A stretch of 64,000 nucleotides of DNA from Gnetum montanum (taxonomy: Eukaryota > Plantae > Gnetophyta), in the NCBI GenBank assembly GCA_015680685.1, contig MNCI01000472.1:236531-300530 (forward strand), given 5' to 3'. The position numbers were made by a program, and so were the translations under genes. The notes beneath the pieces are model-generated. The model was not told where the DNA came from, made no database searches, and saw only the letters and a program-made list of their open reading frames with translations. This document shows positions 13,680 through 24,512 of this stretch, piece after piece (positions within the stretch are counted from its first letter, which is position 1; each line of letters starts with the position of its first letter).

Positions 13680-16600
13680 AAGTATTTCAGTTTGCATTGT
13701 GCGATGAGAAGCTAGGGCTCTTCCCCTTTGTCTTCGTTTACTACTCCACTGGGTCTCGCACCCTCACCTAGTGCTTGCGTCAAAAAAAAAATGAAACAAT
13801 AAAACCATTAATAAATGAGATAACATGAAAAATTAAAATGAAATAGACAATAATAAAGTAAGTTAAACCAACCTGAGATGGGCCCACATCCATGTCTGGG
13901 GGCATCCTATCAAGGTTAGCCTCTAGGCATCGGAGGATTTCATCCTTCAACATGTGTGTCCAATCCTCCTTGCCCAAATTGATGCTTGCGAGGGTTTTCC
14001 ATTTCTCCATGGCTGTCCATATGGGCAGCCTTGGCAAAAATGTTCTAGAAGTTACCTCTCTGGAAGGAACAGTGATCTCTCTCTCTCTGGGGATTCACTA
14101 ATAACTACATGGCTCACAAATAGTTTGTAAGCCTACTTTGCACCGATTGCGTAAAGGAATATCTCTTGACATTAGTGCTCCATAGACTCATCCTTATATT
14201 TCTTGCAATAGGCTTCATGATCTAGCTTGTAGTGATGTTTGTGATTCTTTTCTACTTGTTCCCATTCATACACTTTTGCACTATAATCCTTCCAATCTTG
14301 GTTTTTCCTAGCTAAGAGGTCCATCTAAAACTATTGTTCAATGACCTCATGGGTAGCCTTATTTTTACCCCAAATAGCTAACTAGTACTTTGTGTAATTG
14401 ATCATAGCCATGCGCCAGCTACCATTTGAATTGTTGCACATTGCTAAGAAGTTGTAGCATAATTGTTAATCTTCCAGTCTAGTCACCTGGTTCGCCTTCT
14501 ATTCCCAAAGCTCTTGCACTTACTTCTACAACTCCTCGTTTACATGGCTACACTCCCACAATGCTCGTGCAAAGTGCAGTGCACACTTGCTTGCCTTGTT
14601 GTATACACGATGAGACACTTGCTTTACCATGAGGGGGAACTCAGGTATGATGTTGACTTAAATTGCTCTGTTCAGGTCCCATTTGAGTTGTGAGCCTGTT
14701 ATCCCAACAATAAGTGGCAAAACATTAGCCATAAGATAAACAAGAAAACCAAACAAACAAAATAAAAAAAACCACGAAAAAAAGAGGAAAGAGATTATGA
14801 TAGTAAAATAAACGTACCCATCTCAGGGTCTATCTATTTGAGGTGGTCTATCATATCATCCACCACACCTTGCATAAAGGAAAACTTATCTGGAGTTTCC
14901 ACCCATGGTCATGTGCAAAAGGTTGATGTTGATTTTGGACATTCAACAGAAGCGTTGGCCACTGTATCATAAAGCATTTTATGATCATCAAAACAAAACA
15001 CAAAAAAAAAACACAAAACACAAGAAAAAAAAGAACATAGTGAAGATGGCAGTGCAAAACTCCTACCCAACAAGCCCTTAGGGGTGAGAGTGGGGGATCG
15101 CCCATCTGCATGCCATTAAACAAATGTTCAAACTCACCATCATCAAACTACAACCCCTCTTCTTCAATTTGCCTCAACACTTAGGTAGCTTCTTACTCAT
15201 TCTCATCTACTAGGTTGTCCCTCAAGTTAAGGGACATTGTCCTCTAAGGGGTCCTCTTCCATTTTAGGGGCCCTTTTTCCTATGTTGCACAAATTTAAGT
15301 TAGAATATCCAACAATAAATAAAAAAATAGAATAACATTAAATAATGCATACTTACTAGCTAATTCTGATCACATGTTGTGGAGTTTGAATTGCAGCTTC
15401 TTACCACTCTTCTCCACTTCACGCGTAGGCTCCTTTGTGGGGTGAGGCTTCTTGATTTGCATTTTTGATGACTTCATCATTTCAGCCATGAGTTGTGCCC
15501 CTCTTACTGCATTGCTAGTGTTTGTTGGTGGAGCCTCCTTGGCACTACCACATGCATGGTAGGATTACCCCACATGGCCTTTGGTTGTTACTGAGAACAA
15601 CTCACCAATAGCCTCTAGGGGGTCCTATGATCACATGGTGTGGAACAAGTGGCAGATCCACAACTTGGAGATTTGGATACAATCTTGCACCATCCATTGC
15701 TTATTCTTGTGGACCACTAAGAGTTTTGCAAAATTTTGTAGGCATGCTACGAAGAAGAAAAAATGCATGTGCAATCATGCCTAGAGGTTGTTGTGTAGCT
15801 TGACGATTTCAGCTTGCAGGCCGTTGACAAGGTAGTTTTTCCAATTATACTACATCCCCTCCTCTATCACGCCTCTCATGATTCAATATTGCTGCACCCC
15901 AAGGAACTTTCCTTGGGAAAGCAGCTTAGGAAATGCATGAGCCCAGAAAATGGGATAGAGGTGGTGGGCCATAGGTAATTCCACCATCTTCATGAGTATA
16001 CCCTTACAATCCTTTTTAGTGCCCAACCATTCTTCAGTGTTCCCTCTATGGTCTAGGTCCTTATCAATCTTTTCTACCATTGGTAGACCTTCATAGGGGA
16101 TGCCGAAGAGATCCAGGAAGAGTTCATTCATGATCTCAAAGACCAACTGCACATTATGAACTTGCGTGAGGAAGCGGTCAACACTCTTAGTAAAAGAATC
16201 GAGTAGGGAAATCATCTTGGACACTGAGATGTTTGGGTACATAGCCAAGAAGAGGTTCATGAGCCTAGCCCACTAAAGATTCTAGGCTACCTCTACTGAG
16301 GCCTTGTAGCACAACCAGTGCTATGAGCTCTCGACTTCACCATACTTGAAGAGGAGAGTGGCCTCAGTGCACCTTGAAGTAACCATTGTAACTTCTTTTA
16401 ACTTAGCTACAGTTGTAATAAGAAAAAGTAGAATTAGTAACATGATGAAAATATAAAATTAAAAGTGCATGAAAGTAAATAGGTAATATGACTTACATGG
16501 CACAAATAGTGTGCAGGATGGTGGTAGTGGGACTGAAACCTCATCTACACTTGGTATCCTGGTTGTCTAGTCAACATTTAACTAGTTAAGATTTCGACAC

Positions 16601-18634
16601 CTCTCATAAGATTTGGAATACTTGCTAGGGTATAATATCAAATTTGCCCCAAATTTCCCTATCACTCTAGCACACATATTCTTAGTGGATGAGAATTCTT
16701 GTAGGTTAGTTTTGGTTAAATTTAATATCCCCTCTTCATCATGGATGCCATTTGCATCAATGAAAAACCTAGCAATAGGCAAAAAGTAGTTAGCATCCTA
16801 AATCATGAAATAATAGGTAGTGCAAAAAATCATAACAAGGCTCACCCTTTAGCATAATAAATTGTCCCAGGTGGGTTTTGAAAAATGGTGTGCATGCATC
16901 AAGAAAGAAATACGGTGTTATATTTGTTGTAGAATTGGAACTCAGGCATCCCCTAGATCCTAGACAAAAGTTTGAAGCTTTTCTGGCACTAGCTCGAGCT
17001 CTCCACCTCTTCATCTTCAACAGGCTTATCAGACATAAAATTTAGAATGCCTTAGTTTGCCCCAGGAAAAAATGTCTCAACTATGATACTTGCTGCTTTA
17101 ACTGACAAATGTGACCACATTATTACACTGAAGTGGTGGAGAAAGAATTCTAGGAATTCCTGCACACCTGACCAGAACCAAACTGCTTGGTGTTCCACAT
17201 GCATGTGGTGCAGGAACGTTTGGTACATGATCACTCATACAACATAAAATCCCCACCAGTTTGACCATGATGAGAATAAGCTTTAGCAAGACCCTGCAAT
17301 GCCACAGTAGTAGTAAGATGAAAATGTTACCATAAAAAAGAAATAAAATAAAATAAAAATGCATAACATAAAAATTGAAAATTAATTACATTCAACATAA
17401 TTAACCTTCTACTAGGCCCTATGGGAAAGGAATATTGGCATCCCCATCTAACATGCCTAATTTCCAATAGGACATAACATTAACACTTACATTTTCTCAA
17501 GCATTACAATTTTAAAGAAAATATGAAAAAAATTTCTAACTATCGGTTACGCTCCCCATAGAGCATGACATCTTTAAACTCAATTTTTCTAAGTGCTAGT
17601 TATGATTCCTATGGAGTGTAACATCTAATAATTTTTTTTTAAATTTTTTAAGTGTTAGTTACACTCCCCATGGAGCGTAACATTTGGTAAAAATTTTATA
17701 AATTTTTCTAAGTGTTAGTTACAACACCTATAGAGCATAATAATTGCAAAGCTTCAAAAAATTTTCTAAGTGTTGAATGCAGCAGTTTCAAAAAATTTTC
17801 TAACTTTTTGTTATGTTCTCAAGGACACCCTAGCATGATGAACATGACCCTGGGCCACCATGGTCAAGTCCTATCCTGCGCTGTGGCATGGGATGCTCAG
17901 GAAACCTCTATTTCATGCTATAGTGTGGGATGCCCAAAAAACCTTTATCTCACTCCATGGTGCAGGATGCCTAAGAAACCTTTGTTTCACATTGTGGCAT
18001 GGAACACCAATGAAACCTCGTTTTGTGCCATGGCACGAGACACGTAGAAAACCCTTGTTTTGCATTGTGGTGTGGAATGCTCAAGCCCTTATGATATGCT
18101 ATGCTTGTGGTACACATGCTACGATCATGGTACACTCTACCAAAATCCTTGTTCCATGCTATGCTTGCAAGACGATGCAGTAACCCCTATTCTGCATCGT
18201 TGTGTGAGACACTGTGAAAAAATTATTTTGCACTGCGACACAGAACACCTAGAAACCCCTGTTCCATGCCACAGTGTAGGATGCCTAGGAATCCTTGACA
18301 TGAAAAAGAAAAAGGACAAAAAAAATAAAAAATAAAAAGTAAAAAAAATGTAGTGCATGTACTCCCTTTCTTGGCTATGGCTCAGAGTGGTTGCAATAGT
18401 GACAATGGTCCCTGCCCACAGCAGGCCATCCTCAAAACTCAAAACCCAAAAAATCCAAGATGTGTAGGAAAGTAGGGAAAGAAAAAAATTACAAAGGTAA
18501 AGCGTGGTGGCTTACCTGGCCAATGACGTTTCTTGGCAGTCCCCAATGCTCACCTTGGGAAGGTGCTTCAAGGTACACTCACCTTCATCAACGTTGGTGA
18601 GGTTGGGGTGTTTACATTTGCTATGGCGCATCAT
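13680..18634 (-). pseudogene. Antisense 8-exon accessory gene of element B (FCP1/NIF-like HAD domain, central domain, coiled coil), decayed
   Basis: Predicted exons 18634-18516, 17293-16846, 16768-16497, 16406-15357, 15279-15067, 14961-14818, 14695-13873, ~13773-13680. GT..AG introns with T-rich bodies. The first two junctions are phase-consistent (both phase 2). Protein-level match to the gene in C. Confidence 0.8.
17480..18290. repeat. Two adjacent degenerate tandem arrays in predicted intron 1 of the B accessory gene
   Basis: 17480-17820: ~55-60-bp units TTTTCTAAGTGTTAGTTACRCTCCCCATGGAGCGTAACAT. 17870-18290: ~38-bp units ACCC(T)TGTT..RCRCYRTGGYRTGGGATGCC.A(G/A)GAA. Confidence 0.8.
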
Positions 18635-18753
18635 CTTTGGTTGCTACACTTTAGTTTTCCCTTTGTCACACTCTAGCTTCTCTCTGTCGTTCCTACACTT
18701 AGATGATTGTTGGCTCTAACATTGAAAATGATAGGTTTACCATGGTAAAACCT

Positions 18754-18762
18754 CTATTTATA
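18754..18762 (-). promoter_or_regulatory. Candidate TATA box for the antisense accessory gene of B
   Basis: TATAAATAG on - strand, ~120 nt upstream of the ATG at 18634. Confidence 0.55.
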
Positions 18763-19151
18763 CCCTTTAGGGTTAAGGAACACGTCACCCTCCTAGGATT
18801 TTTTATGTCCCTCATGTAATGCGAAATGTTCCATGTCTCATGCATAACATGGGACGAGTGTAGCACCTAGAGTTAGAAAAATTTTTCAACTTTTTTAGCT
18901 TCCTATACTTAGAAATTTTTTTACATTTTTTCTAATTGCCCAATAAACATTCAGCTCATTCCCACATTTCAAACCTCTTAGGCTTTGTTTAAACCTATGT
19001 GCCATGCATAGTTTATGGTCTTCTATGACCTTAAATTGGCAATTTTATAGCCAATCCAAGCTACAAAAAAATCACTTTACATACTGCACAATTAGTTAAG
19101 TTTTCATAATGCTGTCTTCCTTATTCTATGCATTTCGCTTCATTAAGACAG

Positions 19152-20840
19152 GTGCCACTTGACATTTTTCTAGTTGTTTTGCAAGATCTCCTGAACAAGA
19201 TTGCAAAAATGAATGCATACGAGAGTCTTCATTCATCCTTAGGCTTGATTGGACCTTATGGTGGATCCATGAGATGCATAAACACAAAACTCCTAGACTT
19301 TGAACTGCTTACCTATGACACAAATGTAGCGTCCCTTGAGAATTGCTAGACTAGCCAAAACATCTAGTTAGAGGTCTAAACTTAGAAGTGGGTGACGTAA
19401 CCAAGGATCCTCTCATAGAAGTCCCTATAATAACATCAAAGGTGAGGTGAAAACATTAAAAATTAGTTCCTCATTAGAGCCTCAAATCCAAAAAAACATC
19501 TTTAAAGTCCTTAGTAATAATGTCAAGGCATTTGCATGGTCCTACGAGGACATGCCGAGGTTAGACCCTCATATAATACAACACAACATTATTCTCGATC
19601 CTTGTGTAAAGCTAGTTAAGCAAAAGGTTATAAAGTCAAGCCTGAGGTTGTGTTGGCTGTCTACGATGAGATCACTAAGCTCTACAAGGCTGGTTTCATC
19701 TAGGTAGTTGACTACATCGACTGGGTCTCAAACATTGTAGTTGTCCCCAAGAAAAATGGAAGTATATGCATTTGCATAAACTTCCGGGACCTAAACAAGG
19801 CAACCATTAAAGATGATTTCTCATTGCCTAGTATTGACCAACTCATTGATACTACGGCTGGTCATGCCTTGTTGTCCTTTATGGACAGGTTCTCAGGGCA
19901 CAACCAAATATGAATCAACCTAGAGCACCAACTTAGCACTACTTTCATGACCCCTTGGGGTACATTCTGTTATACAATGATGCCCTTTAGACGAAAGAAC
20001 ATAGGAGCAACATATCAATGCACAATGACATACATCTTTAGCGACTATCTATTAGACTTGCTCAATGGCTACGTTGATGACATAGTAGTTAATTCCAAAG
20101 TAGCTTATGACCATGTAGATGACTTGGACTATGTCCTCAAATGTTGCCTTAGACATGACCTTAGGCTTAATCCCAAAAAGTATGTCTTTGGCATCAAAAT
20201 TAATCACATGTTAGGCTTTGTGGTCTCAGAAGTAGGCATACGCGTAGACCCAATAAGGTTAAGGCTATCACCAACTTAGCACCACCAGCAAACCTTAAGG
20301 AGTTATGTTGGTTATAAGGTAGATTACAATTCATACATAGGTTTATGGCAAGGTTGACTGACGAGTTGCATCCAATGCAACATTTTCTCAAAAAGGGAGT
20401 CCACTTTGAGTGGACAGCTCAATGCCAAGAGGCATTCAACAACCTAAAAAAGGAGCTAGCTCAACTCTTGACAGTCTATCATCCACAAGAAGATAAGCCT
20501 TTCTACATTTACCTTGCAACCTCAAACACGTTCATTGCTTCTCTACTTTTCCAAAAGTGAGACGATGGCTCGAAGGTGCTTGTTTACTACTTAAGCCATG
20601 TGCTAGTAGCCCATGAGGTAAAATATAACGATGTGGAGAAGAACTATCTTACCTTAGTCTTTGCACTCAAAAAGTGGAGACATTACGTTTTCCACAGTCA
20701 AGTTAATGTCATCTGCAAAAGCAATGTACTTAGGGCCATTACAAGGAACATATATGAAAGTAGCCAAATAGCAAGGTGTAAGGTAATAATTGTGGAATTT
20801 TACCTACACTATATAGTGCAAGCATGCACAAAAGGTTAAG
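19152..20840 (+). pseudogene. pol: Element B RT and RNase H
   Basis: FAWSYEDMP.LDP, WVSNIVVVPKKNG, SFMDRFSGHNQI, MMPF, YVDDIVV, YIYLATS, YYLSH.L...E..Y..VEK..L.LVFA.KK.RHY. Candidate splice acceptor ACAG at 19148-19151. Confidence 0.95.
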
Positions 20841-20949
20841 CAATAGTTGCATAACTCATAGCTTCACCTGTAGATGATCAAGAAATACTAGATCTGGAAT
20901 TCTTGGATGAGCATGTTAATAGTATAAGTCAAGTACCTACAAAATTTGA

Positions 20950-21330
20950 GGTTTTCTTACACTTTGATGATGCTTTAACCACACGAGATGGTAGTGCTAT
21001 TTTCATTATCATGTTCCCCTCTGGGGAGATCTAACCCTTCGCATATCACTTCACATTTCCTTGTATAAACAATGTGGTAGAGTATGAAGGTCTTCTTAGA
21101 GGCATCTTAGTAGCCTAAGAGCTAGGAATTCAAAACATAGCAGTCTAAGGTGATTCGCAGCTAGTCATTAACCAAGTCATAGAGGTTTACGCTTATAAGG
21201 CACAACATCTACAACTTTACTGTGATTTGGCAAAACACCTACTCAAACAATTTGCAACTAGAGATGTCCAACATATCCCCTGTAATGAAAATTATATAGC
21301 TAATGCATTAGCTACTTCAGCCTTAAGCAT
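20950..21330 (+). pseudogene. Element B additional (archaeal-type) RNase H, aRH
   Basis: LHFDDA...FPCINNVVEYEGLL.G..VA.ELG......GDSQLVINQV..HIPCNEN..ANALA. Confidence 0.9.
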
Positions 21331-21569
21331 AGCACCAAACATGTTTTCTACTTTGCCCACTTCAATAGTGGATTGTGTTGAACCTATAACTCACACAACA
21401 TGCATTGCATCCATAAGCAAAGCTCATGCCCAAGAGTGGTATGACAATATAAAGGCATACCTCTAATAGGGAGAGCCCTTACAAAATCTAACCTTTGCCC
21501 AAAAAGATGTAGAACGAAAGCGGTCATGGTAGTAGATCCTTGTAGGTGATAGCAGCTTATGTTGCAGAT

Positions 21570-22682
21570 CCTATGATGGAATACTATTAACTTGTGTTAG
21601 TGGCAGTGAAGCACAAAAGATTTTCAACCAAGTTCATGAGAGACTATGTGGGGGTCATATAGCCCCTAGGGTAATGGTGGAAAAAATTAGATATCTAGGC
21701 TATTACTGGCCTTACATGGAGCATGATTGTGTCTCCAAGGTTAGGACATGTGACATGTATAAATGACATGGAAACCTAATACATGTGCCACCCACTAAAC
21801 TGCATACTACATAGATCACGTGGCCATTCCAACGTTGGGGGTTGGATATCATCAGGCCTATAACACCTAAGTCTTCCATAGGACATAGCTTCATCATTAC
21901 TACAATTGAATATTTTACAAAGTGGGTTGAAGCCATTTCCCTTAGGAAGACAACATCACAGCAGGTTTGTAGATTCATCCTAGATAACATAGTGACTCGA
22001 TTTGATCTTCCCATGACTATAGTCATAAACAAAAAGCCATAGTTTAGCAATGCAAAAAAAAAAAAAGCGCCTTTTGCAAAAACCTTGGCATGAAACATTC
22101 CTTATCATCACCATACTACCCATAGGTGAATGGTCAAGCAGAGGCTATAAACAAGGTCATCATCAACCTTCTGAAGAGGATGCTTAACAATAGCAAGCAA
22201 TGATGGCATGAACAACTAGTCTACATGTTATGGGCCTACCATATGACATGCAAAATAGTAATAGGTAAGACACCATATAGTCTTGTGTAAGATTTGAAGC
22301 AATGTTGCCTCTTGAATTGTAGGTCCCATTGCTCCACATGATTCTTTCAAGCTTCATTGATGAGATCCAAAACAACAAGTTAAGGACCATCGACCTTGAC
22401 TCTATAGAGGAGGAGCACATGCAAACACTTGATCGCATTGAGTGGTACCAAGAAAAGCAACGAAAAAAGCACCATCACAATCAACATTAATGACCAATCA
22501 AGAAGGGGGACCTAGTCCTCAAGATCTTCTGCGAGCTTGCAGACAAGTTCTTAGCCAACTAGGAAGGGCCTTGTTTGGTCATAAAGATGTACGACAATGA
22601 AGCCTTCAAGCTCACTGATCTAGATGACAATGAGTTTACCAATCCTATTAATCACTCATACCTGAAGCCGTACTACACCTGA
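21570..22682 (+). pseudogene. Element B integrase
   Basis: HERLCGGH...GYYWP.M..DC...VRTC, WPFQRWGLDII, EYFTKWVEA, YYP.VNGQAEAINK, and a GPY/F-like N.EGPC.V. Confidence 0.95.
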
Positions 22683-22729
22683 TATGCAGTATCATGCTAA
22701 TGATAGAAGTAAGGTAAGTGGACATCCAC

Positions 22730-22940
22730 TATGATGTTAAACTGACATAGATGTTTGCTATGCTGCTAAACTGACACAGAACATCCTTGGGCTATGACAC
22801 TAAACTAGCACCCACAACATGGTAAGTTATGATCTTAAACTAGCCATTTACTATCCGCTACGATGTTAAACAAGCACAGTGGTATGCTAGGACCTTAAAC
22901 TAACACAACATGTAGTCTACCAAGAGCTAAAACTAGGTTT
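22730..22940 (+). repeat. Post-integrase cluster of CTA(T/C)GA...TAAACT.GCA repeats
   Basis: About 7 copies at ~30-bp spacing; same motif as 13305-13480. Confidence 0.75.
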
Positions 22941-24499
22941 TCAGTTCAATAGCTATAGTTCAACACACATAGCTCTATGGACAAGCGAGTGAGAATACTT
23001 CCAATCCTTTGTCACCTGTCCACACCTGTTGGGTAGGATGGGATGGGGTGTTGTAGTTCCAAAATGAAGTTCACATCATCAAGGAAAAATCCTCTGGGAC
23101 ATTTGTAGTTTCACTGTTCCTGGCATCTTGCTGATCTTTTAGAGATGCCTTTTGGCATCTTGCTGACCTTTCGGAGCTACCGCCACCATCACCAATCATC
23201 TTAGTCAGATCTCTTATCATCAGCATTGCTTACTAGAGTACCAATAGTACTATGGCCCAGCCACAACACTACCATTCTTTGATCCTCTAGAAGAGCATTC
23301 GGTAGCATGGATCCTCACCCTATGACTAAGTTTCCTGGCTCCTACCTTTGGTGAGAACTCTTGAGCACCTACATTACCATCATCTCTAGCCACTTGGGTG
23401 CTCACTTTTGGTATGGTTGCTGGAGCTTTCATAGCCTACCACTGGCAATGCCTACACTGGCCTTCCTACTTTGGACATTGCATGTGCCTGCAACTAACAT
23501 AGCACTTGCAACCCTTGCAATGCCCTTGCAAATAGGACTTTGCCCTCATCTCATGTGGTAGTTGTTTTTCTTGTTTTCTTTGTGTTGCATTTGCAAGATG
23601 AATTCTGGGTGGCATCATTCGAAGGTGCGTTTCATCACGGTAGCAAGGTACTGCATTGCTCTGATGTGCTTGCTTTGGCTTGCCTAGATACTTAAGAGTG
23701 CACATCCCTATTGTCCCCTAGCCAACTGACCTCTACCTCTTGATCTTGCAATCTTCCACACCCCTTACAAGCTTCCTCGATGTACATGGGACCTTTCCTA
23801 CAGTTAACTGCTGAACCCATGATGGATGTAATGGAACTCATCCCATGGGAAGCCTTTGTGGACTGGTCAAAGCCTCAAATAGATGTAACACAGCTCATCT
23901 CAGGGAGGAAACACTTGTTTTATAGATGCAATGCGATTTTCTCTAAGCAAATGTTAGTGCGTAGTTTGCCTGACAACACAAAAGGAAGAAAAAGTGGAAA
24001 AAAAGGAAAAGACAAAAAAAAATAAAAAAGAAAGAAAAGAGGGGAAAGAAGAACAAAGGAAAAACAAAAAGAATGAGAGAGAGAGAGAGAAAAAGAGAAA
24101 AATGGGACAAGCCAAGTGCCCAAGTCAAATGGCATAGTTGTTGTCTTGCAACTGGTCCGACCCTGGATCGACGATCTCATAAGAATTTTGACGAGAGGTC
24201 AAAATCCTAAAGGTAGGCCACCTTTGCATGTTTATGCCCTCACAAGCACTCTGACAAGGAACCATGCTTTGGCAACAAGCCAACATAATGTTGCATCCTA
24301 ACAGTGAACATCCTCTTCATCTAGTGCCCCTTGACCCATCTCCCTAACCTCGTCCCTACCATACTTCATTCCCTTGACACTCTCAAGCATAGTGAAGCAT
24401 TATCTAATTGAGCATTGACAAGTGGTTTTGGTGTCATGTTCATCATGATGTCTCATATTCTTTATTAATGTCTCTCGCGTCAATCCTCCAGATGTCAAC

Positions 24500-24512
24500 A
24501 AAGAGGGGCCAA
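24500..24512 (+). promoter_or_regulatory. Polypurine tract of B
   Basis: AAAGAGGGGCCAA immediately before the 3' LTR; C has AAAGAGGGATCAT. Confidence 0.85.

Noticed and set aside
18360-18470. Extra exon in the B accessory gene
   Set aside because: Splice signals are weak, and exon 1 already joins exon 2 in phase without it.
23975-24105. Hydrophobic F/L-rich 'membrane protein' ORFs on - strand
   Set aside because: Translation of a purine-rich low-complexity tract with a (GA)n microsatellite.
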